NCBI GenBank assembly: GCA_964644245.1 | Contig: CAZXUR010000003.1 | Location: forward strand, 16,585-80,584 | Direction of reading: 5' to 3' | Length of the DNA stretch: 64,000 nucleotides | From: an uncultured archaeon | GTDB taxonomy: Archaea > Aenigmatarchaeota > Aenigmatarchaeia > CAZXUR01 | Part shown: positions 1-10,278 of the stretch, one piece after another | Layout of the letters: each line of letters opens with the position of its first letter | Position numbering within the stretch: the stretch's first letter is position 1 | The notes under the pieces: generated by a model | What the model saw: the letters and a program-made list of their open reading frames with translations, nothing else | The model's database searches: none | Told to the model about the DNA's origin: nothing | Made by a program: the position numbers and the translations under genes

Positions 1-1182
1 CTTTATCCCTTCCAGCACCTCCAGGACCTTGCTTATGGTGTCCCGGTAGTGGACGAAAACTATGACCTTCTTTTCCCCGTCAGAGAACTCTTCCTCCAGG
101 ATTTCCTTGAGTTTTTCCATCTTGGGATGCTCGTAGCCCTGGTCCTCCAGTCTGTTGGTGAGGCTGATGGCCGCAGACATCTTGTCGTCCTCCAATATCC
201 TCTCCACTGCCTTGCCCTTCTGTTTTGACAACCGTTTGAAGTATTCGCGGAGAGTGTGCACGCCCTGTGCTTCCAGCAGTCCCAGCGCATGGTCTATCTT
301 TATGGCTTCTGATATCTTGGAAAGTCCCTTGAACAGCTTGTAACTCTTCCTCCCCCTCTTCAACTGCTTGGCGATGGAGCGCTGCTTGTAAACCAGTCCT
401 TTCTTGGTTATTTTGCTGGATTTGAACACTCCCAGTTTGTTCAGGTCCTTTATCCGTTCCTGATAGGACTTGCTCAGCAGTTCCTGTATCCTTTCCAGGG
501 GCTTTGGCAGTGACACTTTGACCGTATCCACGTCCAGGTCCTGTATGTAGGGCTTGACGTCCTTGTCCTTTTCCGTCCTTATGGCCACGTCTTCTATGAA
601 CAGATTCTTCTTGACCTCTTCTATGTGCGACTTCTCACCTCCCGGAGAGGCGGTCAGTGCGAGAATCAGTGGTTTTTCCGACTGGTCCATGTAGACCTTC
701 GCAATGTAGGGGTAGGCGTAGGCGCCCACCGAGTGATGGGCCTCGTCTATGACCAGCAGGCCGAATTTCTCCAGGCCCAGTCTCCTTTTCTTCAGGTCAT
801 TCCTTATGGTCTGAGGAGTGGCGAATATGGCGTCCCCCCGGCGGTACAACTTGACTCTCTTGCCGGGCCTCACCTCACCAGTGACTGTCACCAGTTCACT
901 GGGACCGATTTTCAAGAACTGGTCGAAGGTCTCCCGGTGCTGGTTGACCAGAGGCTTAGTGGGCGCCAGAAAGAGTATCTTTGATTCCATGTCTTTCTCC
1001 AGTACTTTAGCAGCGACCAGTGCCGCGAGGGGCGTCTTCCCCATGCCGGTGGGCAGACAGACAAGTGTATTCTTCCAGGTCTCCGCAATATTCTCGGCTA
1101 TGTCTACTTGATATTTCCTTTTTGTCAGAGTCTTGTCCCTAATCCAGGGGTGTTCTATGTACTCAGACGAAGGCATAGACAT
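1..1182 (-). CDS. hef: Hef/ERCC4-like DEAD/DEAH-box helicase (5' part; runs off the left edge)
   Basis: Manual translation MSMPSSEYIEHPWI...RKYQ...LPTGMGKT (motif I)...LAPTKPLVNQH...DEAHH...LTASP; absent from the ORF track because there is no stop in the window. Confidence 0.9.
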   Translation of the reverse strand, partial: MSMPSSEYIEHPWIRDKTLTKRKYQVDIAENIAETWKNTLVCLPTGMGKTPLAALVAAKVLEKDMESKILFLAPTKPLVNQHRETFDQFLKIGPSELVTVTGEVRPGKRVKLYRRGDAIFATPQTIRNDLKKRRLGLEKFGLLVIDEAHHSVGAYAYPYIAKVYMDQSEKPLILALTASPGGEKSHIEEVKKNLFIEDVAIRTEKDKDVKPYIQDLDVDTVKVSLPKPLERIQELLSKSYQERIKDLNKLGVFKSSKITKKGLVYKQRSIAKQLKRGRKSYKLFKGLSKISEAIKIDHALGLLEAQGVHTLREYFKRLSKQKGKAVERILEDDKMSAAISLTNRLEDQGYEHPKMEKLKEILEEEFSDGEKKVIVFVHYRDTISKVLEVLEGIK

Positions 1183-1273
1183 ATTTGGAGTCAAGTTTAA
1201 AATAGTTGAACAGAGATTTCCGCCTCCACCGAAACCCTTTTAAACCCTTGTCCCAGCATTAAAGCGTGGTAGC

Positions 1274-1615
1274 ATGGAAGAACTTGAGTACGGAAGGAAA
1301 GTCAAGATACTCGAAGGAGAAGACGGAGAGGTCAGAGGCCTCATACGTGGATATGACGAAGAAAGAGGAGTCCTCACAGTGAAAGCAGGGCAGTGGGAGA
1401 GAGGGCCGTATGGAGCTAGTTTCCCTCCTGAAGTATGCAAACAATACTTAGTACCAGAAGAGAAAATTCTTTCTATTGAGGGAGACGTGGTGGTCATAGA
1501 CAATCCCAAGGAGGTTGACGAGTCCCGCTACAAGAAAGACCTCCCAAACGTTGACGGAAAGGACAGGAGAAAGCAATCCGCCGGGAACGACAGGATGGAC
1601 ACCTATTGGTTCTGA
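1274..1615 (+). CDS. hypothetical protein
   Basis: 113-aa ORF with genome-typical composition and a TTTTAAA box upstream. Confidence 0.6.
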   Translation: MEELEYGRKVKILEGEDGEVRGLIRGYDEERGVLTVKAGQWERGPYGASFPPEVCKQYLVPEEKILSIEGDVVVIDNPKEVDESRYKKDLPNVDGKDRRKQSAGNDRMDTYWF

Positions 1616-2572
1616 CTACTGAAGGACCAGGAACAGACGTGTCAGGGACTTGTGCACTCGCTCCTCGTACTTCTCAAGCACCTTGAAGTCGCTTTTCTCG
1701 ACTACGGACAAATGTTTTTTAGGCAAAACCACCACTGCCAGTTTTCCTTTCTTCAGGACTTTCCTGATTTGTTTCAAGGTTTTCTCATATAACTTTTCTA
1801 TGTCCTCGTCGAACAGTTTGGTCGAAACCCCATAAGGCAGGTCTACCACTACTGCGTCGAAGCGCTTCCTCCATGTCAAGTGCCTGGAATCCATCTTCCT
1901 CACCGTAGCATTTATTTTGTACTTGTTGAGGTTCTTCCTGGTCCCCTTGACCATCCGTTCGTCAAAGTCGCTTCCGTAGACCTCCACTCCGAGCTTTCCT
2001 GCCTCTATGAGAAACCCACCGGTCCCGCACATGGGGTCGAGCAGGCTCTCGTCCTCCCTGATTCTGGTCATATTGACCAGCGCTCTCGATAGCCTCGCCT
2101 TCATGCATATGGGTTTCTTGAAGGGCCTTTCGTCCGGCTCCCTGGGTGAGAACTGCTTCTGTGTGATGGAGAACATGTGACGGCCTATGAACGCTTCTCC
2201 GTCCCTCACGAAGACCTTGACCAGTGTTTTGGGTTTTTCCAAATCCACCGAAGGATTGTCCATTTTTTTCCAGATTTCATCCGCCACTTTCAGCTGGAGT
2301 TCGAAAGCGTCCGCCCTCACACAGTAAGGCTTTTTTACGGGCAGGTCGTTTTCCTTGACGAACTTAAGCAGATTTTTCTTCTTGCAATTTCCCCAGTACT
2401 CGCAGACCTCTTTCGTGTATGCAAGCCGTCTCAGGACTTTCTCATCCTTTACGTCAAATACAACCAAGTCACCCGCAACTTCAGTTATCCTTGACTCTGA
2501 CAGTTCCAACAACGCCTTCAACTCTCCCAACGCCAGTTCTGGCTTCTCTCCCGACAACTTTGCCAAATACAT
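1616..2572 (-). CDS. trm11: tRNA (guanine10-N2) methyltransferase Trm11/TrmG10 (THUMP plus methyltransferase)
   Basis: LLDPMCGTGG SAM motif, DLPYG, C-terminal VHKSLTR. Confidence 0.88.
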   Translation of the reverse strand: MYLAKLSGEKPELALGELKALLELSESRITEVAGDLVVFDVKDEKVLRRLAYTKEVCEYWGNCKKKNLLKFVKENDLPVKKPYCVRADAFELQLKVADEIWKKMDNPSVDLEKPKTLVKVFVRDGEAFIGRHMFSITQKQFSPREPDERPFKKPICMKARLSRALVNMTRIREDESLLDPMCGTGGFLIEAGKLGVEVYGSDFDERMVKGTRKNLNKYKINATVRKMDSRHLTWRKRFDAVVVDLPYGVSTKLFDEDIEKLYEKTLKQIRKVLKKGKLAVVVLPKKHLSVVEKSDFKVLEKYEERVHKSLTRLFLVLQ

Positions 2573-2623
2573 GAATAGAATTGTGGATAATAAATTAATA
2601 TATGAGTGAGGACAAATCTAATC

Positions 2624-3976
2624 ATGCATTCGAAGGTAGAGAAAAAGGTTCTGAAAAAGGTCAAACCAACTCCGAAAGAACAGGAAAAGATGGAGTCTTT
2701 CCGGTCAGACCTGCTGGAAGTGGCTGGGAAAGTGGCCAAGGGTTACAAGGCAAAGCCGATCATAGTCGGCTCCACCGGCAGGGGTACCTGGCTCAAGGGG
2801 AGTCATGACATCGACCTGTTCTTAGTCTTTCCCAGGAGCCTTTCCAGGAAGAAACTGGAGAAGAACGGGTTGGCCATGGGAAAGAAGATTGGCAAGAAGT
2901 TGAAGGCCAGGACAAAGGTCAAGTACGCAGAGCATCCTTACACACGACTGGATAAGAAGGGATTCGACGTGGATATAGTTCCCTGCTACAAGATGAAGCC
3001 CCAGCAGGACTTGAAATCCGCAGTGGACCGTTCGCCCCTGCACGCAAAATATTTGGAGAAGGAACTGGAGGAAGACATGAAGGACGAGGTGCGTCTTCTC
3101 AAGGCCTTTGCCAGGGGGCAGGGAATATACGGCTCTGACGCCAGGACACAAGGAATGTCCGGTTATCTGTGTGAACTTCTCGTCATCCGCTATGGGGATT
3201 TCAGGAGGACGCTCAAGCAGATTTCCAAGTGGAAGCCCCAGGTTTACATAGACCTGGAGGGATACTGGGAGAAGAGACCCGAGTTCAAGGGGCCCTTGGT
3301 GGTCATAGACCCGGTGGACCATGACAGGAACGTGGCTGCGGTAATGACCACGGAGAACTTCATGAAACTGGTTGAAACGGCAAAGAGTTATTTGGAAAAA
3401 CCTTCCCTCAAGTATTTCTTTCCCAGGAAGAAACCCATGACCTATAGGCAGTTCCTAAAACTTCTGAGAAGAGAAACCGTGTTCATTGCCCTGACATTCA
3501 AGAAGCCGGACGTGATAGAGGATATCCTTTGGCCTCAGATGAGGAAGGCGGCCCGGCGTCTGGAAGGGGTGATGAAGGACGAGGAGTTCAGGCCGGTCAA
3601 CCACCTGGTATGGGCGGACGGCAGATGCGTGTTATTCTTCGAACTGGAAGAGGACAGACTGCCCAAAATCAGGGAGCACCAGGGACCACCTGCCAATGTC
3701 CTCGACCGGAGCAAAGAATTCAGAAAAAAGTACAAAAAGTACGAGCCGCGCATAGAAGGTAAGAGATGGGTGGTGGACGTGCCCAGGAAGCACAGGACTG
3801 TAATGTCACTCCTCAAGAACTTCAAGAACCAATCCGTCAAAAAACTGAAGGAGCAGGGCGTCCCCAACTACATAGCACCGAAGTTCAAACGGGCCAGAAT
3901 ACTCAAGGGCCGGAAGATTTGGCCCTTCATCAAAAAGAATCCGGAGTTTGGACTGGATTTGAAGGACTACTACTAG
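2624..3976 (+). CDS. cca: archaeal CCA-adding enzyme
   Basis: VGSTGRGTWL...DIDLF, YAEHPY, SAVDRSPLH, SGYLCELL, DPVD. Confidence 0.95.
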   Translation: MHSKVEKKVLKKVKPTPKEQEKMESFRSDLLEVAGKVAKGYKAKPIIVGSTGRGTWLKGSHDIDLFLVFPRSLSRKKLEKNGLAMGKKIGKKLKARTKVKYAEHPYTRLDKKGFDVDIVPCYKMKPQQDLKSAVDRSPLHAKYLEKELEEDMKDEVRLLKAFARGQGIYGSDARTQGMSGYLCELLVIRYGDFRRTLKQISKWKPQVYIDLEGYWEKRPEFKGPLVVIDPVDHDRNVAAVMTTENFMKLVETAKSYLEKPSLKYFFPRKKPMTYRQFLKLLRRETVFIALTFKKPDVIEDILWPQMRKAARRLEGVMKDEEFRPVNHLVWADGRCVLFFELEEDRLPKIREHQGPPANVLDRSKEFRKKYKKYEPRIEGKRWVVDVPRKHRTVMSLLKNFKNQSVKKLKEQGVPNYIAPKFKRARILKGRKIWPFIKKNPEFGLDLKDYY

Positions 3977-4650
3977 CGTATGGCCGTGGGCAGGTTTTCT
4001 GAGGCTATGTCCTTGAATCTTTTCATTTCCTCGGGAGAGAAAGGCTTTGCGTTCCTCATCTTGTAGGAGGGCTCGAAGTATTGGAGGACCAGTTTCTTGC
4101 CTCCCTTCAAGGACTTTGCCACTTCCTCCACGTCTATGGCGGTCTGTATCCCTGGTATGGGAGTCATCGTAAACTCATAGTCATAATCTGAGTGGATGAG
4201 TTTGTAGACGGTCATGCCTATCTCGGTGGTGTCCACGCGCACCCCGCATATCTGGCTGTACTTGCCCGGTTTGAGCGGGGCTTTGATGTCCACCGAGGCA
4301 AAGTCCACCATGCCTATGCGGAGCAGGCGTTCCAAGTATTTTGGGAAGGAGCCATTTGTCTCGATTTTTATGGGCAGCCCCAGGCCCTTCACATCTCTCA
4401 AAAAGTCGTCCAGTTCGTGCATCAGGGGTTCCCCTCCGGTGACCACCACTCCCTCTATCTTGTTCCTGTTCCTGGCGATTCTGCTCAGGGCGTCATCCTC
4501 CTTTATGGTCGGGAGTTTGTGCCATTTGTGCACCAGTTTCCACTGGTTGCAGTGTATGCATGAGAAGTTGCACTCTGGGAGCAGGACTATCGAAGAAGGG
4601 CGATCCCAGTGGAGAGTTGACTTGTCTATCAGGCCGACTATCCTAGGCAT
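3973..4650 (-). CDS. anaerobic ribonucleotide reductase activase-like radical SAM protein
   Basis: CNFSCIHC (CxxxCxxC), VVVTGGEP, ETNGS, DIKAP. Confidence 0.8.
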   Translation of the reverse strand: MPRIVGLIDKSTLHWDRPSSIVLLPECNFSCIHCNQWKLVHKWHKLPTIKEDDALSRIARNRNKIEGVVVTGGEPLMHELDDFLRDVKGLGLPIKIETNGSFPKYLERLLRIGMVDFASVDIKAPLKPGKYSQICGVRVDTTEIGMTVYKLIHSDYDYEFTMTPIPGIQTAIDVEEVAKSLKGGKKLVLQYFEPSYKMRNAKPFSPEEMKRFKDIASENLPTAIR

Positions 4651-4707
4651 AAGAATTATTAGAAGTCAAACTTTTAATTTTAAACACACCGTACATTTGC
4701 AGTTGAA

Positions 4708-5091
4708 TCAATCAGAAGACCTGCTGATTCTTGCAAAGGATGGGCAAACTACTATCCAGTCGTCTGAAACTCCAGCGATGTCCCCGGAAACAGCTACGGT
4801 GGTCTTCCTGATTCTGGCGATGGCTCTTTTGAGCTCTCCTATGTCTTTCTCTTTCAGCTTGCCGATGTTCACCAGGACTATGTTCCCGTCTCGCAGTTTT
4901 CTCTGAACCTTGTCCGAGTCTGCATACTCCTCCATGGGAGCAACGGCTATCTGTATTTTTCCCCCTTTCTGTGCCTGAGCAGTTCCCTGGGGTGATTTCT
5001 TTGATGTGGGCTCAAATTCCAGTTCTATGTACTCTTCGTCTGGAGTGACTTCGCCAGAAACCTTATCCACGAGTTTGTCCAAAAAACTCAT
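4708..5091 (-). CDS. sepF: cell division protein SepF
   Basis: LRDGNIVLVNI...GDIAG...WIVVCP archaeal SepF pattern. Confidence 0.88.
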   Translation of the reverse strand: MSFLDKLVDKVSGEVTPDEEYIELEFEPTSKKSPQGTAQAQKGGKIQIAVAPMEEYADSDKVQRKLRDGNIVLVNIGKLKEKDIGELKRAIARIRKTTVAVSGDIAGVSDDWIVVCPSFARISRSSD

Positions 5092-5140
5092 CCATTATCA
5101 CCATCGGACTATACTTGTATAGAAAACTTAAATAGCTATC

Positions 5141-5401
5141 TTATTCCTTGTTCCTCTGGACCATTTCAAGCATTGAGACTATGTTCCACACCTGAGTTCG
5201 GGTGTATGTAGGGATGTTGGGGTCGTTGGAAATTTCGTCAAGAATGGATATGGCAGAGTTCATCTTCACCGTGAATTCCTCTTTTTCGTCCTTCAAATCC
5301 TTTATGGCCTGCTCTATGGACAGCCTTACGTTCCTGGGAACGGTCCTATCTTTCTGCACCTCTTCAAGTAGTTCCACGATGGGCTTCAGGTCTTTTTCCA
5401 T
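5141..5401 (-). CDS. UPF0147 family protein
   Basis: DRTVPRNVR...LDEISNDPNIPTYTRTQVW. Confidence 0.9.
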   Translation of the reverse strand: MEKDLKPIVELLEEVQKDRTVPRNVRLSIEQAIKDLKDEKEEFTVKMNSAISILDEISNDPNIPTYTRTQVWNIVSMLEMVQRNKE

Positions 5402-5410
5402 GCCAATCAC

Positions 5411-6385
5411 CTAGTCAGTAATCATGGTCAGTTTGGTACCCAACTTATTTGAAACTAACTGAAGGCACCTGTTCACTGACTCGTCCAGTTTTTCAACATC
5501 GGGCCCGTTGGCCGAACCGGCTGCGTCGTGACCACCGCCAGAGCCTCCTATCAGTTCACCGACTTCAGAAAAGACGTCCCTGGCAAGATTCATGTTGTTC
5601 TTTCCCAGGACCGCGGTGTTGGCTCTCCCTGATATGCGGATTTCCTTCCTTTTCTTGGCAGCTACTATGGAAACATCTGCTCCCAGCTTCAGGAGTCCCC
5701 TGGCAACTGCAGCCTCGTGGGATTTGACGTTGCAAGTGGCAATTAGCCATCTCCCGCCCTTGTAGACGTGTGTGTTGGTGATGGCCTTGAGCTTTGCAAC
5801 CTTTTCAGAATAGTCGGGCGGCACTGAAACCAGTGACATGACCCGTGAGAGTTTTGCCCCCGTTTCCATCAGATATACGATGTCCTTGAAAGTGTTCAGT
5901 TCAGCCAGCCTCAGGTGCTTGGTATCTGCCACTATGCCTGCCAGCATCAGCTTTGCCATCCTCTTGGTGACCTTTATTTTGTTCTCCTTGAGGATTTCGA
6001 GGAGCAGGTTGCAAGTGGATTTCTTCTTGGTGTCGATTCTCTTTTGGTCTGCATCCAGTTTGGAAGTCTCGTGGTGGTCTATGATTATCAGTTCTTTGGC
6101 CTTCTTTATTTTCACCGGCTTGATTTGCTCCGGGACTGCGGTGTCCAGGAGAAATACCGTGTCGTACTTGGTCACGTCCGGGTTCAGGTCAGCCCTCAGT
6201 CTCTGGGATGACAGCAACTTCTTGCCCTGCCTGGATATGGACTTGGGGATGCCCATGCGCGATTGTATGTGCAGCTTGCCCAGGGCGTAGAACAGGGCCA
6301 TGGAAGAGCATACTGCGTCTATGTCTGCGTTGTGGTGGGTCAAAATAAGAATTTTCTTTCCCTTAAACGACTTCAAATCAATCAT
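5411..6385 (-). CDS. DHH family phosphoesterase
   Basis: THHNADID, IIDHH, GIVADT, GSGGGHDAA. Confidence 0.9.
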   Translation of the reverse strand: MIDLKSFKGKKILILTHHNADIDAVCSSMALFYALGKLHIQSRMGIPKSISRQGKKLLSSQRLRADLNPDVTKYDTVFLLDTAVPEQIKPVKIKKAKELIIIDHHETSKLDADQKRIDTKKKSTCNLLLEILKENKIKVTKRMAKLMLAGIVADTKHLRLAELNTFKDIVYLMETGAKLSRVMSLVSVPPDYSEKVAKLKAITNTHVYKGGRWLIATCNVKSHEAAVARGLLKLGADVSIVAAKKRKEIRISGRANTAVLGKNNMNLARDVFSEVGELIGGSGGGHDAAGSANGPDVEKLDESVNRCLQLVSNKLGTKLTMITD

Positions 6386-6397
6386 GATGCTGCCTCC

Positions 6398-6751
6398 TCA
6401 AGGGTTGTCGGCAGCTGGATTTTGAACGAGTTGAGAAACCTTCTTCTGGGTGTCTTGTAACTCACTTCTGGTCTTTTTCTCGTGTTTGCCCAGTTTCTTG
6501 CTCTGTAGTTCCAAAGTCTCCTTCCTTTCCTTCAATTCCTTGGTAAGAGACTTTTTCTCACTCTTGATCAAAATGGGCCCAACTGCTTTGAAAACCTCTT
6601 CTTTTTTCACCTTTCCTAGTTCTTCAAGGGCCTTATCTATCTCGGTCAACTGCAGATTAACACTCTGTTTCTGGGTCATGAGACTTTGCAACTGTTGTGT
6701 CTGCAGTTGGATTTTTTGCAAATAAGGCTGAGCCTCTTTTGGTATTTCCAT
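6398..6751 (-). CDS. pfdB: prefoldin beta subunit
   Basis: Coiled coils flanking VFKAVGPILIK. Confidence 0.92.
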   Translation of the reverse strand: MEIPKEAQPYLQKIQLQTQQLQSLMTQKQSVNLQLTEIDKALEELGKVKKEEVFKAVGPILIKSEKKSLTKELKERKETLELQSKKLGKHEKKTRSELQDTQKKVSQLVQNPAADNP

Positions 6752-6837
6752 ATTATCCTAACTTAACTTAACAGAAGCTTTTTAATAGTTTTCTATGTTG
6801 GGTTAAACTATTTAAGCCTCGGAAGTCATAAAAAAGT

Positions 6838-7215
6838 ATGGAAAAGTTGTACCTTAAACAAGAAGGTAAAAGCGTTTGCAGGCAAATTCTATTGAATTCT
6901 GTGGATAAACGGCCAGAACAGACCCGAAATCTACTGGAGGCCCTGGGGCTTTCCGAAGATTCTCTTCGTAGAGAAGAGGAAGTTTGGCAAAGTGCTGTGG
7001 ACGACCCCTACTTCCAGCTCTTGAAGGACAACAGCGAAGAAATACCCATGACATCTGCTGAGCTGTCGGTGATTGCTGACCAGAACCGAGGACGGTACGG
7101 CTTTCAGGGGGAAATTACTCCATCAAAAATCTCATCGAATTTGATGCCACTCGTCAGGCAGGGCCTGATAGAAGTCGATAGAACAAGAAGACCTCACGCG
7201 TATCAGTTCAAATAA
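6838..7215 (+). CDS. hypothetical protein with probable C-terminal winged-helix domain
   Basis: ISSNLMPLVRQGLIEV..RRPHAY resembles a wHTH wing; TATTTAAG box upstream. Confidence 0.55.
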   Translation: MEKLYLKQEGKSVCRQILLNSVDKRPEQTRNLLEALGLSEDSLRREEEVWQSAVDDPYFQLLKDNSEEIPMTSAELSVIADQNRGRYGFQGEITPSKISSNLMPLVRQGLIEVDRTRRPHAYQFK

Positions 7216-7216
7216 T

Positions 7217-7348
7217 TTACCTAGAGTTGACCTTCTTGGGAAACTCGGGACGCTTTTTAGCGATTATCCTGTACCCGCAGAACGGGCATATGATTTTGTT
7301 GCCTTCCAATTCTACTTCCTTCCCGCAATTAAGACATTTGTAAGCCAT
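7217..7348 (-). CDS. rpoP: RNA polymerase subunit P (Rpo12)
   Basis: Manual translation MAYKCLNCGKEVELEGNKIICPFCGYRIIAKKRPEFPKKVNSR; follows rpl37ae. Confidence 0.93.
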   Translation of the reverse strand: MAYKCLNCGKEVELEGNKIICPFCGYRIIAKKRPEFPKKVNSR

Positions 7349-7352
7349 ACAA

Positions 7353-7565
7353 TCACCTGAATTCATAGGCGCCGGAGGCGAAGCGTTTACCACACTTTCT
7401 GCACTCCCAGATGCCGTTTGACACCCTTTTCACCGTTTTTCTGGAGCAGGACGGGCATTTGTAGCGTTTCTTCGCTTTTGACTCTATCTTGTTCACCAAA
7501 TCTCTGGCTTTTTTCCCGTATCTGGGGCCGAAACGGCCCGACTTTCCTACTCTCTTTGTCCTCAT
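7353..7565 (-). CDS. rpl37ae: 50S ribosomal protein L37Ae (eL43)
   Basis: GRFGPRYG, CPSC, GIWECRKCG. Confidence 0.95.
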   Translation of the reverse strand: MRTKRVGKSGRFGPRYGKKARDLVNKIESKAKKRYKCPSCSRKTVKRVSNGIWECRKCGKRFASGAYEFR

Positions 7566-7608
7566 GTTATCGCCTAAGTTATAGTGGTGGGAAAGGTTTA
7601 AATATAGT

Positions 7609-9474
7609 TTATCTCAGCCTCAACGTTTCCAGGGCTTTGGGAGCGGTGGTCTCCACACGCATCTTGTGGTGTATGCCCCTGGCCAGGTCCAGACACTTCT
7701 TCTTGTCCCCGTGGTTGACTATCACCTTTCTTGGCCTGGTTTTCAGGGACCTCACGAAGTTCATCAGTTGCTTGCGGTCCGAGTGTCCTGAAAGTCCGTG
7801 GACGGTCTCGATTTTGAGTTTCAACTTCACGGATTTAGTATGGCCTCTGCTGTTGCTGAGCGGGACCTCTTTCCATCCCTTCTGTATCCTGCTTCCCATA
7901 GTGCCTTCCGCCTGATAACCAACGAACATCAGACAGTTCTTCTCGTCCTCTGCGAAGTGCTTCAAATATTCCATGGCCGGTCCTCCCACCAGCATACCGC
8001 TTGTGGCTATGACCACGCAAGGGCTCTTGTCCTGTATGACTGAGTCCCTTTCCTTCTTGGAACCTATTCCCTTGAACTTATCTGAGAGCAGAGGATTCTC
8101 TCCCTTGTGCAATATGCGGTCCTTCAGGTCTTTGGCCAAGCATTCTGGATAGACGGTGTGTATTGCAGTGGCGTCCCAGACCATGCCGTCTATGTACATG
8201 GGGCAGTCTACGTCGCTGTTCGCGAGTATGGCCATCACTTCTTGTGCCCTGCCCACTGCGAACGATGGAATCAGTACCCGCCCACCATTTTTGATGGTGT
8301 CCATGGCAATTCTCACCAAATGCTTCTCCGACTCTTCCCTGGGAGGGAATCTGTCTCCCGAGCCTCCGTAGGTGCTTTCAGTGATTAAGGTTTCCACACG
8401 TGCGAAGTCAGTGGATGCCTTGTTCAGTAGAGCGGTCTTACCGTATTTGAAGTCTCCGGTGTACAGGACGTTGTGCAGTCCCTCACCTATGTGTATGTGC
8501 ACCAGAGCAGAACCAAGTATGTGTCCGGAGTTCTGGAGAGTCAGTCGCATGTCAGAAGTGATGTCAGTCACATCTCCATAGTCCAAAGCGATGGAGTGTT
8601 TTACCGCTTTCTTTATGCCTTTGGAGCTGTAAGGAGATTTCTTTTTCTCCCTCTGTGCTATGTCAACGTAGTCCAGTTGGAGCATGGACATCAAGTCCCT
8701 GGTGGGAGCGGTGGTGTACAACGGCCCTTTGTATCCCATCTCGTACAGAGCAGGTATGGCACCACAGTGGTCCAGGTGCGCGTGGGACAGTATGATTGCG
8801 TCTATGGATTGGAGGTCGAACTCAGGCACGTTCAGGTGGGGGAACGGGTCGCTGGTGAATCTCACACCGCAGTCCAGGAGGACGTTACTCTGAGGTGTCT
8901 GTAGCAGTATGCAGGAGCGTCCGACTTCCCTGAAGCCGCCCAGTCCGGTCAGTCTTATCCAGTCTATGTCCTTGCCTTTGCTGTATATCTTCTTCCCCAA
9001 CTTGTTCAGGAACTTCTTCCGGTAGGAGCTCTCCCTGTGTATGGTCTTCCTAATAGCTTTCACTATGCTTGAGTCCTTTATGGGGGCTCTTTTGACCTGT
9101 GGGGTCCAGGAGGTCTTCTTCTTTATCCTCTTTAACGTCTCCCCGCCCTTTCCTATGACCAGTCCGGGTTTCTCAGCGTGTATTATGACCTTTGAGAATC
9201 CCGGTTCAAAGTAAATCTCCTTGATTTCTGCCTCTTTGGGCACGATTTCACGTATGTCCTTCTTCGCGTCTTCCGGGTCCTTGACCATGGAAGGGTCCAT
9301 CCTGACGTCTATCCTTTTCTTGATTTTGTTGACTATCTTTTTGATTATGTAAGTGCCTGTGTTGAAGAAATCCTTGTTCTTCGTGTACAGGATTATCTCG
9401 CTTCCCTCATACATGATTTTGTCAATCATGGCGTTTTCAGGGAGATTTTCTTTAATATCTTTCATTACAGTCAT
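7609..9474 (-). CDS. fttA: beta-CASP ribonuclease aCPSF1 (FttA)
   Basis: KH domain (GLVIGKGG), GGFREVGRS, SHAHLDH, GHILGS, LSGHSD. Confidence 0.95.
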   Translation of the reverse strand: MTVMKDIKENLPENAMIDKIMYEGSEIILYTKNKDFFNTGTYIIKKIVNKIKKRIDVRMDPSMVKDPEDAKKDIREIVPKEAEIKEIYFEPGFSKVIIHAEKPGLVIGKGGETLKRIKKKTSWTPQVKRAPIKDSSIVKAIRKTIHRESSYRKKFLNKLGKKIYSKGKDIDWIRLTGLGGFREVGRSCILLQTPQSNVLLDCGVRFTSDPFPHLNVPEFDLQSIDAIILSHAHLDHCGAIPALYEMGYKGPLYTTAPTRDLMSMLQLDYVDIAQREKKKSPYSSKGIKKAVKHSIALDYGDVTDITSDMRLTLQNSGHILGSALVHIHIGEGLHNVLYTGDFKYGKTALLNKASTDFARVETLITESTYGGSGDRFPPREESEKHLVRIAMDTIKNGGRVLIPSFAVGRAQEVMAILANSDVDCPMYIDGMVWDATAIHTVYPECLAKDLKDRILHKGENPLLSDKFKGIGSKKERDSVIQDKSPCVVIATSGMLVGGPAMEYLKHFAEDEKNCLMFVGYQAEGTMGSRIQKGWKEVPLSNSRGHTKSVKLKLKIETVHGLSGHSDRKQLMNFVRSLKTRPRKVIVNHGDKKKCLDLARGIHHKMRVETTAPKALETLRLR

Positions 9475-9513
9475 AAATTCACCAAAATATACAGACCAAG
9501 ATGAATATTGCCT

Positions 9514-10137
9514 TCAGGAGGCAATTAGTTTCTTGACTTTATCCCCGGATACGAATTCAAATCCCTTGTCGGTTATCTTTGCCACCCAGATTTTCTTTCC
9601 ACCAGAGCCGGTGTCTCTTTCCCGGGCGGACTTTATGGCACGCACTGCCAGTTTTATTCCGTCTTCCACTTTCAAGTCTTCGCTGTAGCCATCATCGAGC
9701 ACTCCGTATGCGAAAGGGGAGCCAGAACCAGTGGTTATGTATTTGTCTTCCATGTTTGACCCCAGAGGTCCCAAGACCCGCACGTGCGGACCGTCCTCAT
9801 CGACCCCGCCAACTATCAGCTGCACGAGGTAGGGGAACATCTTCCGTGAAAATAGTATGTTCGAGAGCAGGTTGGAGGCAGCCTTTACGGTCATTTCTTC
9901 CCTCTCCAGCTTATACAAGGAGATTTCCGCCTTTATGAGGGAAGTAAGTGCCTGTGCATCTCCCACTCCTCCTGCGGTGGTCAGACCCATCTTTTCATCT
10001 ATCTGGAACACCTTTTCGGATTCCTTATGGACTACCATAGACCCCAATGTAGCCTTGGACTCAGACGCAAGTACTACTCCGTCTGCGCATTTCAGTCCTA
10101 GGGTGGTTGTTCCTGTCTTTACCGCTTCTTTATCCAT
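9514..10137 (-). CDS. psmB: proteasome subunit beta
   Basis: KTGTTTLG processing site, AGGVGDAQ, TGSGS, RDTGSG. Confidence 0.95.
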   Translation of the reverse strand: MDKEAVKTGTTTLGLKCADGVVLASESKATLGSMVVHKESEKVFQIDEKMGLTTAGGVGDAQALTSLIKAEISLYKLEREEMTVKAASNLLSNILFSRKMFPYLVQLIVGGVDEDGPHVRVLGPLGSNMEDKYITTGSGSPFAYGVLDDGYSEDLKVEDGIKLAVRAIKSARERDTGSGGKKIWVAKITDKGFEFVSGDKVKKLIAS

Positions 10138-10278
10138 TCAAACACCAGAATAAAGGTCGTTTCTATACCTCTTGTTAACCACTGAAATATTTAAAGGTTA
10201 CGTTGGATGCACGAGAACTGGCTGGCTTCTAGGAAAGTACTTTCACAAACTTTTAATTCACCCCTGACAACTATTCAT